A DNA stretch of 64,000 nucleotides from Octopus sinensis. Lineage: Eukaryota. Under the pieces are notes generated by a model. That model ran no database searches. It saw nothing but the letters and a program-made list of their open reading frames with translations, and was not told the origin of the DNA. The translations under genes were made by a program, and so were the position numbers. The stretch spans positions 162,192,001-162,256,000 of the forward strand of contig NC_042997.1 of NCBI RefSeq assembly GCF_006345805.1. The letters run 5' to 3'. Positions 25,101-36,300 of the stretch are shown here, one piece after another (position 1 is the stretch's first letter; the number at the start of each line of letters is the position of its first letter).

Positions 25101-27069
25101 TGCATATACAGCTGCGTGCGTGCACACATACACGCAAGTACTGTCCAAATCTCCAACCAATCACATACAGCTAGCTGGCATTCAATTGGCGTATCAAGTT
25201 TCAGGCATTTTGATTGGGTTTTGGATAGAAAATTCACAAAAAAGTCACTTCTATTGATTTTTTAATGCCTTTGCGGGATGACTGGGGAAATGTAAAGATG
25301 TGCACAACCACCCTTTACGGTTTTGAATGACCGTAGAAAGTGCGAGCCCTCTAACTGAAAAATTGTGGATTTGTATAAAGGACACACACGCAGACAGTTT
25401 GCCATTTATATATATAAGGAAGCTGAAACCATACTTTAAAGCTGAGTACATGGTAAACGTCAAGAAAATCTATGTAAATGACGACTTCCGCATTAATTTT
25501 TCCTTACATTCCATTTTTTTTAATATATTGAAGTTTAATGGTACTGTCACTGGACAACAAAGACAGACTATAAGATATACATGTGTAAGAAGTTTTAGTT
25601 TTTAAAGCCCCAGGATAACCCTGATCCTGCAGACATAAATATATTCTGACAATGGCCAGCATATCTTTCCCTTCTTAACTCTTTTGTTCCTGTATTTGTT
25701 AAAAAACACATTGCTGTTGTTCCAATTAATTAAAAAAATAATGAAAAACTTAGTAAAATAACTGTTACTATTAATCAGGTGTTTGAAAAATAAATTAACA
25801 TGAAATGTTGATATTCTGTTTAAATTTAAATCACTTTAACCCTTTCGTTACTGCATTTATTTTGAGATGCTCTGTGTTTCTTTCAATTACTTTAAATACA
25901 ACAAAGAATTTAGTAAAATAACTTAGTTATCATTCAGCTAGTGTTAGGAACATAAATTGTGACTAAGGCTTGGTGGAAGATTTTAATTAAAAACTTATGA
26001 AAACAAAACATTTGTACTCAGAGACAGAGCCAGTTTCAGCCGGATTGTAACAAAAGGGTTAAAACAAGAAGTTTGTATCTAAGAATCAAAGGTAGTATTA
26101 GGTGGGTTAGTATCAAAAGGGTTGAGAGAAAAGTGTGATTTGAAGATTTATTGGGTTAAATATTGTAAACACTAGATTCCTGATGCTAATAACTACAATC
26201 TTGGTCTACTTCCAATTAGATATAAGAGCCTTATGATCCCTTAGTATAAAAATCAAATGAAAGACAGTAAAAAGTTAAACTAGACCTAAACTATACCAGA
26301 CAATAGAAGGACCCTACATAACCAGGGCTGCAAATGAGGATAACACTGATATGCTGAAGAAAGTAAAACTACAGAAAAAAAAAGTGTATAAACTATACAA
26401 ATATTACAATAACTAAAATTTATCTGTTATCAGTTGCTCTACTGGAAATGATCATAGTCTTGACATTTGTTTATACATATATATATGTTAAAAAAAATTA
26501 AAAAATTACTATTTCAAAATCCAATCTTCTTCCAGAAAGATACCAAAGGTTGCATATTCCCCACCCCTAATGTAGACAGTCCCTTATTAATTTAAGCACT
26601 GGAGAAGCAAGTGCCTATTGGCTTAGTAAAGCATATGGACTAAAACAAGTGGTCATTGTTGTCAAATATTAATTCAAGTTCACAAAATCAGACATTAAAT
26701 TTCTAAAGTTGTAATTTATCATTTACAAATTCAAAGTTTATATGTAATAATTATTATAACCCTAACTGTGATGGTTAAAACAAATTAAAGCAGATGTCAA
26801 TGATGAGATTGAAATTTCTATTATTGTGTCAGTGGTTAATTCAGTAAACTTTGTTCTGATTTTCAGGTTCAATGCTCCTAATTGCAGGAATACTACTAAT
26901 TTTTAGAAGCATATTTTCATTATTCTTTCGCGAAGACTCAGAAGAGCGTAAATACTTTTTAAAAACCAATCCTGTCCATGTTAAAATGGTATCACATGAA
27001 ATCTCTACACAAACTGAAGACTCAGAATATTCAGCTTATCATCATGATGTTGAAAGCCAAAAGAAATGA
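19090..27069 (+). CDS. TMEM72: TMEM72-like four-TM membrane protein, 5 coding exons, about 186 aa
   Basis: join(19090-19171,22217-22289,23860-23925,24549-24685,26867-27069) = 561 nt, GT-AG introns in phases 1,2,2,1, no internal stop. Protein: MTEENTRKRKFFVLNLIIRLWCIITVIVLWVVSIRLLKRDRTRPFAISWYLMSATVIATILECIWIMNKMPWCQENGCCYCVCWKVVTFVSKWKKGILYIVMSLPTFWISKDTTDGQIGGSMLLIAGILLIFRSIF...; resembles recalled human TMEM72 segments RLLGITTAAVL, FYLL..E, QKFLAYLLLS, PGSMLIITG. Confidence 0.82.
21496..21872 (+). mobile_element. Full-length tRNA-derived SINE (family A) in TMEM72-like intron 1
   Basis: gcaggcatggctgtgtggt A-box, ggttccaggttcagtccc B-box, conserved body, tail aaaccagtaaaagaaa. Confidence 0.85.
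22217..22289 (+). CDS. TMEM72: TMEM72-like exon 2
   Basis: atatag|VLWVVSIRLLKRDRTRPFAISWYL|gtaagt; 73 nt. Confidence 0.82.
22440..22726 (-). mobile_element. tRNA-headed retroposon with Penelope-like 3' part containing a degenerate hammerhead core
   Basis: Minus strand: tagtggataagagc...aagttcaattt (Pol III boxes), then cctgatgaatgctggagagtatgtcagccgaaacgtg. Confidence 0.5.
23860..23925 (+). CDS. TMEM72: TMEM72-like exon 3
   Basis: ttatag|MSATVIATILECIWIMNKMPWC|gtaagt; 66 nt. Confidence 0.82.
24549..24685 (+). CDS. TMEM72: TMEM72-like exon 4
   Basis: cttcag|ENGCCYCVCWKVVTFVSKWKKGILYIVMSLPTFWISKDTTDGQIG|gtaagt; 137 nt. Confidence 0.85.
25058..25420 (-). mobile_element. Non-autonomous Helitron-like element
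   Basis: Minus strand starts TC(cttatatatat) and ends in CTAG followed by T; subterminal hairpin actagcactatgacctggc-aac-gctgggttatagtgctagt; no TSD. Confidence 0.6.
25840..26058. mobile_element. piggyBac-like MITE with TTAA TSD, nested in a related MITE (about 25675-26124)
   Basis: ttaa|ccctttcgttac...gtaacaaaaggg|ttaa; close copy at 63199-63408. Confidence 0.85.
26867..27069 (+). CDS. TMEM72: TMEM72-like exon 5 with stop
   Basis: tttcag|GSMLLIAGILLIFRSIF...HDVESQKK*; matches ORF 26872..27069. Confidence 0.85.
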
Positions 27070-27123
27070 GAGTAAATATGTGTAAATTGTTTCGTGAAGT
27101 TTGTTTTCAAAAGTTGTACAAAT

Positions 27124-27129
27124 AATAAA
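27124..27129 (+). terminator. Candidate polyadenylation signal of the TMEM72-like gene
   Basis: AATAAA about 55 nt after the stop codon, followed by A/T-rich sequence. Confidence 0.45.
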
Positions 27130-29041
27130 AAAAATTTTTTAATTTAAACTTGTTCTTCAAATCTATATTTAAATTATTAACTTTTATAGCTGTTAAGATA
27201 TTAATTACAAAAGCATTCTTATTCATTTGTAAATATAACATATTTGAAACTGATCACTCAAGTTCATAATGTAACAGAGAACAACAAAAATAGAGAAAGG
27301 CCGATGCAAAATCTTTGTATTCAGGTAAATAGGGTGGAATTTAAGATCAATTGACAACCATTGAGGGTCAAAGAAAAGATATTGGAAACCCTTAGGCCAA
27401 TCATGCTACCATTTTTGTACTAGAAAGAGACAGTCCCTTTATGAATATATAATTTTTCATATTCTTTATAACCTGAAGTAGTTGATGTTCTTGAACAGCT
27501 GCAGGAAAAACTGGCAGATGGAAGTTCCTGAAGACTGGTGTGAAGAAGCTGTTGTGTAGTAGGTCAACCCTGATTGAGCAGGTACTTGGCTTGATAAGAT
27601 GCAATCCCCTCATCCACCTTTTCAATGATGCTGTCTCCACCCAGCTGAGGACCCCTACTGTATACACTGACATGGAATGATAGACTTCAGAAGTGCAAGG
27701 TTACAGTTTACAGTCTCTCCACTATTCAGGTGATTTCTGTACTCTGGTAGATTCTAGTGGTATCACAATGGAGACAGGCAAAATGGATTTGGTCAGAGCA
27801 TAACAATTGCTGGGGGTGTACATCTTAGTATTGATTGGAGCCAGTAAGAATACTTCTGTGAGTATATGTACTTCCTTCTGCTTCTCTGGATTGAGTTTTT
27901 TTTCAGGATATTGTAATAGTGTCCTGGAATGTTATGTTTGGACAGTTTTCCATGTAATTTAGGAGTTGAAGCTTATTGCAGTAAAAACTGTTCCTGTCAA
28001 CATTTAAGTGAGCTTTAATTTTATTTCATTGTTGTGTAGCTAGTCTGTGTACATGTTATGAGAGATAATGTATTGCTTTTGTGTTTATTGTAAAGAGATT
28101 GGAAACCCAGGCAGGACTGGTATAATCCATGACAGATCTAATATATTGTTTGAACACTTTTGTTGGTTCTGTTGACTAAATGTGGTGCCTGTGATTACTC
28201 TATATTTGTGCATTGTTGATTTCTTTACTGTTTTCTGTGTGTTTAATAGTGAATGTTGTACATGAATTGTAATATTTTTGTCTTGTGCTTGTAATACATT
28301 TATGTTACTGTGATTGTTGGTTGTATTTAACGTTCTCTGATTGATACTGATAAAGAAAATAGTGGGACTGGCAGCAAGCATTCTAGGTGATTTAAATGGT
28401 TAAATGTATAGGATAAACACTATGTAATATTCCAGAAAAGATAGGATGGTCATGGCTCAAATGCTGGTCAAATGTAGGCAAGCAGACAATATGATTGACA
28501 AGTGGGGGCTGGATGCAAGTAACACATAACCAAGCGGCTCAGAGGAAGCAGAAACCATTGTAACAATGTTAGAAAAGGCAGAGTGAGGAGACCACAGGGA
28601 GTGGTATGTGGTCCTTAAGGTTCATGTTGCAGGAGCACCATACAAGATAATACTCCAGTAATAACATCCATATTCATTTTCATTAAAAAAAAAAAGTTCC
28701 ATTTTAAGTACTCTGACTCTAATAAAAGTTTACTTTTTGTTATCTCTAAAGATGCAAGGACAGTGGTTTGACTGAAACCATCCTGTCAGTTTACAATCTT
28801 TTTTGGTTCTACTGATATTTCCACTTCATTGCAACAAGGAGGGGAAAATATTAACATCAATAATAGGTTTTCAAAAGTATATACAAAGATATACCTTAAT
28901 TATTTGGAGCTAATATTTTCAAATAGGAAAAGAAAAACCACAAATTCCTTTATGTTGATGTGTGTATGTGTACAAATACATACATAGATACATACACACA
29001 CACATACACATATATATATTCACATGGGTAATAATTTTTTG

Positions 29042-29047
29042 TTTATT
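29042..29047 (-). terminator. Candidate polyadenylation signal of Pcl
   Basis: AATAAA on the minus strand about 750 nt after the stop; AT-rich background makes this weak. Confidence 0.3.
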
Positions 29048-29796
29048 TCTTGAAACATTATTAATAAAATATACTGAATTTGATGGTCAACCATTTTAAA
29101 TGACAGTAGAATTGTATATTTATATTTTTAAAACTCTGATTCATAAATGCATATAAAAAAATAAACCACCAGTCATTTAAAAAGAACAAGAATATTAAAA
29201 ATAACAATTAGATTTTAACATTAGATGTTGGAAAAAGAAAAACGTAGTCCCATGACATAATTAGCAGTGATGATAGCAAATAATCAGTTCAATATAAGAA
29301 CATTTTTAAACGTCAGTAAACATTTATATAGCTCCATTTTTTTCCACATGGATAGATGTTGTTGAGCCCCACATCAGCTTTCTTTAAGCAAACCTACAGT
29401 CAATGGCATTCCAACTGTGACCACCCATTTTGTTTTCTGGATATAGCAAAAATAAGACTATATTATCCAATGTGTCCTCATTTTTTTCTTTGCAAGATAG
29501 TAGGCTGTAATTTAAGGGAGATTTGGCTATTTCTTACAGGTTGAGCGACCATATAGAGGCTTTCTTATTGTTGTAACTAAAACAGATTACTCTTTGGGAG
29601 AGTTCATATTGGCAATGTAAAAAAAAAAAAAAAAAAACTAATTTTTATGAGTTGAGCAAATCAAACCATAAAGTGTCACAATGTTTACATGTTGGGTGAT
29701 GAGTAAAATAGCATTACATAACAAGAGCCAATATAGTTGAATTTTCCTTAAATGCATTTACAGAGTTCTCATAGACAAATTAGAAAAGCAAACTTT

Positions 29797-30324
29797 TCAG
29801 GAAAGCACACCATCCCACTGAATTAGATACTGGACTTGGCCCTGCTGAATAAAACGGCGTGCCAACACATGAAATGTTTCTTTTTTGGCAAATTTATTCA
29901 CTACACTGATATAATCACTGACTGAAGAGGACATCTGCTTGAGGTTGTTCTTTGAAAGGCTATCATCATTGGCTGTGTAGACTGAATTACCTCGGTTTCG
30001 TGAGGAGGCTGGTGGAGATGGTTTACATTTTAAGTTGTTCACTTTTCTTCTTCCTTTTTGTTTCAATGGTTGTTTCTGTTGACTAAACGCTTCTAGGTCT
30101 TTGGTTAATTCCTCAATCTTTTCTTGGTCAAAATCACTTTGGTAAAAGTTCAAAATTTTTTCTTTCAATTTTAGTTTTTCTTTTTCCATCTTTTGCTCTA
30201 AATCAGTTCTAAAAGGGTGATTAATTCCTTCAAAATTGGAAAGCGGTGGTATAATAGTATCCAATGTACAACGTTTTATATTATTTCTTCTGCGATAGCT
30301 TTCTTTATTTCCATTCACAACAGT
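29797..30324 (-). CDS. MTF2: Pcl exon 15: C-terminal reversed-chromo (Mtf2_C-like) domain and stop
   Basis: cttcag|TVVNGNKE...[19 protein letters not shown]...[28 protein letters not shown]; corresponds to ORF 29797..30318. Confidence 0.95.
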   Translation of the reverse strand, partial: TVVNGNKESYRRRNNIKRCTLDTIIPPLSNFEGINHPFRTDLEQKMEKEKLKLKEKILNFYQSDFDQEKIEELTKDLEAFSQQKQPLKQKGRRKVNNLKCKPSPPASSRNRGNSVYTANDDSLSKNNLKQMSSSVSDYISVVNKFAKKETFHVLARRFIQQGQVQYLIQWDGVLS

Positions 30325-33300
30325 CTGAAGAAGAAAATTAAACTATTAAATGTTATGAGCTGAACAACAGAATTTTAACATGGATTAAAATGAATCATTA
30401 TGAAAAATTCCAATTAATGTCTGCAGTAGAAAGGGGGTAGTTATAAGTAATGAGAAACTAGTAAGCAAAAATTTGCTTAAAACAATTTCAGTCATAGATA
30501 TTGGTTATTTTCCTTCACTATCTCCATCTTGGCTATTTATGTGCATTGCCTACATTAAACAACTGAGGAAGATACTTATGACTTCCTGAAATTGCTGGCC
30601 TTGTGCCAAAATTTGAAACCAATATAAAATAATGTTAATAACTGTTTTGAATCGTAAATGCTAGATTATATTTTGCATGTATAAAAATAATGAAAAATTA
30701 GTTAAATATATATATTTTTTTTTTTGGGTAACTCTCAATCCTGAACTCAAACTGGTTGATGTAATAGTTGCCAACTGCAAAGTGTGTATAGACAAGTGGT
30801 TAATATACTAGCTTATAATATTTGCTCTTTATGAATAGTATTATGCTATTAAAGGCTAGAAAACATGACCTGTTAACTTAGTAGTTCTTCATAGCAATAT
30901 TTATTTTTGACTGTATAGGTGCTCATTATCTTGTTAATAACGTTTTTAAAAAAATTTCTTTAATGGGTAATAATCAGGTCATTAAAAATAGTCGATAATG
31001 CTGTTAATGGTATACATTCAGCATTAAGAATACTTGTCTATCAATGAAGAGTTCATCTATTGCACTATGAAAAAACAACATAAAAATTTGCCAATAAATT
31101 TCTGTTTTTAATAAAGCCCACCCCCACAAGCATTATTAAAATACTCTAAAACTGAAGCTTTCAATAATTAGCAATAATTTGATTCAATAATTATAAGGAC
31201 TGTGGGTAACATCACTGACATCATAATATTGGGCCATTCAGATGATTATAGATATTTTGGTATTGAGGGCCCATGGTCTAGTAGTTAGGGTGTTGCACAC
31301 ATGATCATAAGATCATAGTTTCAATTCTTAGACTGGGTGGTGTGTTATGTTCTTGAGCAAAAGACTTCATCTCATGTTGCTCTTAGATCGTTTCAACACC
31401 TAATGGTGTGGTACACCATGCACCTGTTCAGGCAATGTTGATTTGATGGAGAGAGTGAGCTGTACAGCACATATATTTGATCACTATAATCAAGTCATTT
31501 GTGCAGGCTGTTCAGCAAGAAATTGCTGAACCATCTTTCTTGGATAAGAGACTACCATCATATATTTTAAAATACTGTCACAGAACGGGATAGCCCTCAT
31601 TTAAATTTTATATAAAACCTTCAATTTTTAACTAAATAGCCTCAAACACTATATTCTAAATAATAAAAGAACTATTTCCTGGTACATACCTTTTTTCTTT
31701 TGAGAAGTAACTCGTCTAAATCTGAACTAGTCTTTCTCTTTAACTGGAGAGGTGAGTGACTATACACAAATAGAAAAAAGTTTTGAACATACAAAGTGAA
31801 CATTTTGCTTAAAACAATATTAAAAAATAGTACAAATAAATGCAGTTATGTATCAAAGAACCAGAAGTAGTCTCAGGTAGTTGGCATAGAAAGTAGCGGC
31901 TAAAAACAAAGTTAATATTTATAATATAAAAAAAAATAATGCATAAAACAAAATACTGGCTGTTAGCATAATTTTATCTAGTTTATTTACTGTTAGACAT
32001 CGTTTTCTTTACTTTTTCCTGAACCCTTTTATTACCATATTTCTGTTGAAATAAGCAGCCTTTGCTTCAATTTTGAAAATAGTGAATTTAATAATATAAT
32101 TTATTCATTATTAGGCTTATATTTGTGAACAAACTGTCATGCAATATTGATGAAAAGTTTTAATTTAGGTAATTTTATAACAGGAAATTTCTGTTATAGA
32201 TGTGTAGGTATCAAAATGATTAATGTTTCCTTCAGTAAATATTTCTATTTATATGATAAAAACAAAGATCAAATAGATTAAATCAGTTTGTTTTTCAGTT
32301 CTATTAAACTGAATGCCTCCCATGTTAACACAATAAAATAAAAATATACAAATTGGAATCAGGGAATACTTTAGGACACTGTAGCAATATCACAAATACT
32401 AATTTGATTAAGTTACACAGCAAATGAAATTGAGGATACACTATCAAGAAATTGGTGAGTAAATGTTTAAATAAATATTAAAACAATTTCCATTAAAATT
32501 TCTTGGGTCAGACATTAACCACTTAAATCCGGATCCTTAATACAATGTCATGCATTTCCAGTAGTAAGTATCAAATAAGTGTATGTGCAACTTGGACAGA
32601 ATAAAGACCACAATGTATTTCTGTCCAATAAACCAGTTTCTGATTCACAAGCTATTGGTCAAGTTGATTCTACCACACTGTCATGCTTACATTAGCAAAA
32701 ATTGCCCACTGCCTCTCAATAAGATAACTTGAGCAAGAAAAATGCTTGCTGAATGGCTTATCCTTTCCTTATAAAATATTTTATTATTTATTCTTTGGTA
32801 GACAGAAACTGAAAAAAGACTCAGCAAGGCTATATAGTTCAATGGAAGATATGTGCTAGGTGTGTCTCCTTGATTTGACATCGCATAATAGTTGTAAATG
32901 AGAGTCATTGTTATACAAGCAGTGTCCATTCATTTCCAATATTCTGCACAAACATGTCTGGCAAGAAGGATATATTTCCTTGCTAGAGAACAGATGAAGG
33001 TTGGCAACACAAAGGACATTTCGCCATAAAAAATCCTGTCTCAATAAACTCCATCCAACCAAGGCATTGAGGTTTACATGCTCAGTTGCCATGAAAACAT
33101 CTACTTTGACTAATAAAAGTACTTTTTGCAGTTATTAGTGACTTTTGGTATGTTATTTTAGTCATTTACAACAAATTTGGATGATCATATTTTAAAAAAA
33201 TGACACACTATATAACTGACACCAATTAACTCCAAAGACAAGTAAGAAGGTACTCTGTACAAAGCAATTGAAAATACTGAAAGAAAATGTCAATGAATTT

Positions 33301-36300
33301 ATACAACATAGAAATGAATATTTTAGATGTCAGTATTATAAATTCAATAAAACATTAGCAAAGTTTATCAGTGAATGAATTTACCAGATGTCAGCTGGAA
33401 GTTCACTACTCTTCATCACAGCCCTTGAAGCTCTCTCAAAATTGTTCAGGCCAGTGGACCTAAGAGAGCTGTTATAAACAGGTGATTTATCTATCCTTAC
33501 AGAGTCTGTAGAAGAACTGATGATGGAATTTTGAGACTTGGATGCATTGCTGAAGGTAAATAAGAAAAAAAAAAAAAAAATTCATGAACTTTCTTAAGTC
33601 ACATATAAAAAAGAGGCTGCCATTACATATTAATGAGGAAAACAGATAAAATTTCAATAGTGCTTAGTCAATACAATTGGTGTTCTTAAAGATAGTGTTA
33701 TTAACATCACCATCATTTTACATGTTTCCTGTACTAGCCTGAATGAAATGGGCTTCATAATACATTTTTTTAATGCACTGTTCTACAAAGAGAAACTACA
33801 ATTCACACATACTCTATATAACATGTTTTCCTATATATAAATCACATAATGAGCACTGATTTATATGCATTTCAATGAATGTATTTACATATCTTGCTCT
33901 TTTGTTGGACCACATAAACAACTGTTTAGTATCACTATCTATAATAATCATCCTACCACATGGATTGGGCAGGTATATTGGCAACACATGGAAAAAAATG
34001 TAGAGATATAATTACAATGTATTTGTTGTCTTCTGTGTAAACACATTTTATTTTGTATAAAATGGTAGGAAGAAATTCAGTTGTAATCTGTTAAGTGACT
34101 TATTTTAGAAGCAACAAAATTGCCTGCAAGCTAGTCTGTGAAGAAGCTAAGACTGTCAAAACGGCTAATTTTAATGGGAGTCGGGAACCATTTGTAGCAA
34201 GCTTGGTGATCCTATAGATGCTAGCATGAATCACTAATATGAAAAGGTAAAGTGATATTTGTGATGTGTGAATGATAAGAACTCACACTCACATATTTGA
34301 TTTTGCAGTTTATTTAAATGATTATTGACATGCCCACTTGTTAACCAGAGAATCAGTAGTGTCAGCATTACTCCAGCTATTATGCTCATGTAGTGACAGG
34401 AAAAGTCACTGCTGACATTGTTATCAAAAACAGAGGTATGTTGTCTCAAAATCTGCTTTCTTTTCAAAAAAAATTGTTTGGTGGTAGTGTTTTCTGGAAC
34501 ATGGATTTGAACATTTCTGTACCACTATCACCATGGAAATCAAGATTTAACAGGAAATGGACTCATCCAGACAGTAGACTATTCTATGTGCAGGATATAA
34601 AGGAAAGAGTCAAGTTGCTCTTTCATTTCTACATAGATTAATCCATTATCTGCTGCTTTTATGAGGTCACTACAACTATCAGAAATAGCAGCCAAAACAC
34701 CCTCATTTTTAACACTTTGTTATCTTAAAAATGAACAGATTTCTTGGAAAATGTAACCTGCTATATATATATACATATTTGTGAAGGCGCATGGCTCAGT
34801 GGTTAGAGTGTCAAGCTTACGATCGTGAGGTTGTGAGTTCGATTCCCGGACTAGCCTGTGTGTTGTGTTCTTGAGCAAGACACTTTATTTCACGTTGCTC
34901 CAGTTAACTCAGCTGTTGCCAAGCTGTATCGCCCTTTGCCTTTCCCTTGGATAAGATCAGTGGTGTGGAGAAGGGAGGCTGGTATGCATGGGTGACTGCT
35001 GACCTTCCATAAACAACCTAGCCCAGACCTGTGCCTCAGAGGGTAACTTTCTAGGTGCAATCCCATGGTCATTCATGACCAAAGGGGGTCTCCCTATATA
35101 TATATATACAGACAGTATAATCACAACTAGAATGCCTTTGATCATACATTTGCTCAGTTAGGATTGACTCGGAATTAAACTACTGTTTATATTCAAAGTT
35201 ACTGTTCTCTCAAAGACAGTTGCCTTTGCTGCAGCCTGAGGAGCCTACATATCTCTCTATTTCTTCCTTTTTCTTATGACCTTGTTTTTGCAGCCCCTAC
35301 CTTCAGTAACCACAATATGTCGACTGGATACATTTTATTGCACCACCAGGATGAGAAGTAGATGCAGTCATCATCATCATCATCATCATCGTTTAACGTC
35401 CGCTTTCCATGCTAGCATGGGTTGGACGGTTCAACTGGGGTCTGGCAAGCCCGAAGGCTGCACCAGGCCAGTCAGATCTGGCAGTGTTTCTACAGCTGGA
35501 TGCCCTTCCTAACGCCAACCACTCCGAGAGTGTAGTGGGTGATTTTATGTGCCACCGACACAGGTGCCAGACGAGGCTGGCAGACGGCCACGCTCGGATG
35601 GTGTTTTTTATGTGCCATCCGAGCGTGGCCGTCTGCCAGCCTCGTCTGGCACCTGTGTCGGTGGCACATAAAATCACCCACTACACTCTCGGAGTGGTAA
35701 TTAAATAAACAGACCGAGAATGAAACATTTTATGAACTGCTACCAGTAAGCAGGAACAAAGAACCTTACTTAAAGAAAAAAGTTATTTTAATATCAAATA
35801 TAGAATGTGACTCAATTTAAACAAATAACATACATTAAATACGTGGAAAAATGTTTTTAAAACTCACATTTTTGTTTTTCGCCTTTTCATTTGTAGATTG
35901 TTCATCACATCATCAGTAATTTGGCCATTAATTGGAAAATCAATAGCTGGTGGAGTTGGAGGTAGACGTAGACGTAATGCCCACAAGCTTCGGCTTTTCT
36001 TTATTTCACGGCCACATTGAAATCTTTATAAAATAACCAAATTTTATGCATGAGGAAATGTCCTAATGTTAACCTGTTTGCTGAGAACTATATAACACAT
36101 AATCCTCAGAAACTTCTTCTAAAATAATATTTAAAATATAAAAAATTTTCAGTAACTAAATTCATGTTTAAAAAGATATAAGTCAAACGCCTGTTTTGGT
36201 AAAAAAATTCTCAAAAATTAATAAACAAAAAGGATTAACTTTTTATGATATAAAGAGTCATTAGAATGATTATTTTTCTCAGTTTTACACTAAATTTTTC

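Noticed and set aside
27400-28300. Possible Penelope/LINE remnant between the two genes
   Set aside because: Composition suggests a decayed element, but no motif could be read reliably.
34234-34641. Non-repeat intronic block with ORFs on both strands and plausible minus-strand splice sites (possible extra Pcl exon)
   Set aside because: The required frame hits early stops from either candidate acceptor and I recognise no homology. It could only be a poison exon, which needs RNA evidence.
34786-34860. tRNA-like sequence with good A and B boxes
   Set aside because: No acceptor stem closes, and it continues into a SINE core; it is a SINE head, not a tRNA gene.
35276-35708. Overlapping ORFs on both strands with the same peptide ([21 protein letters not shown])
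   Set aside because: A direct consequence of the perfect inverted repeat.
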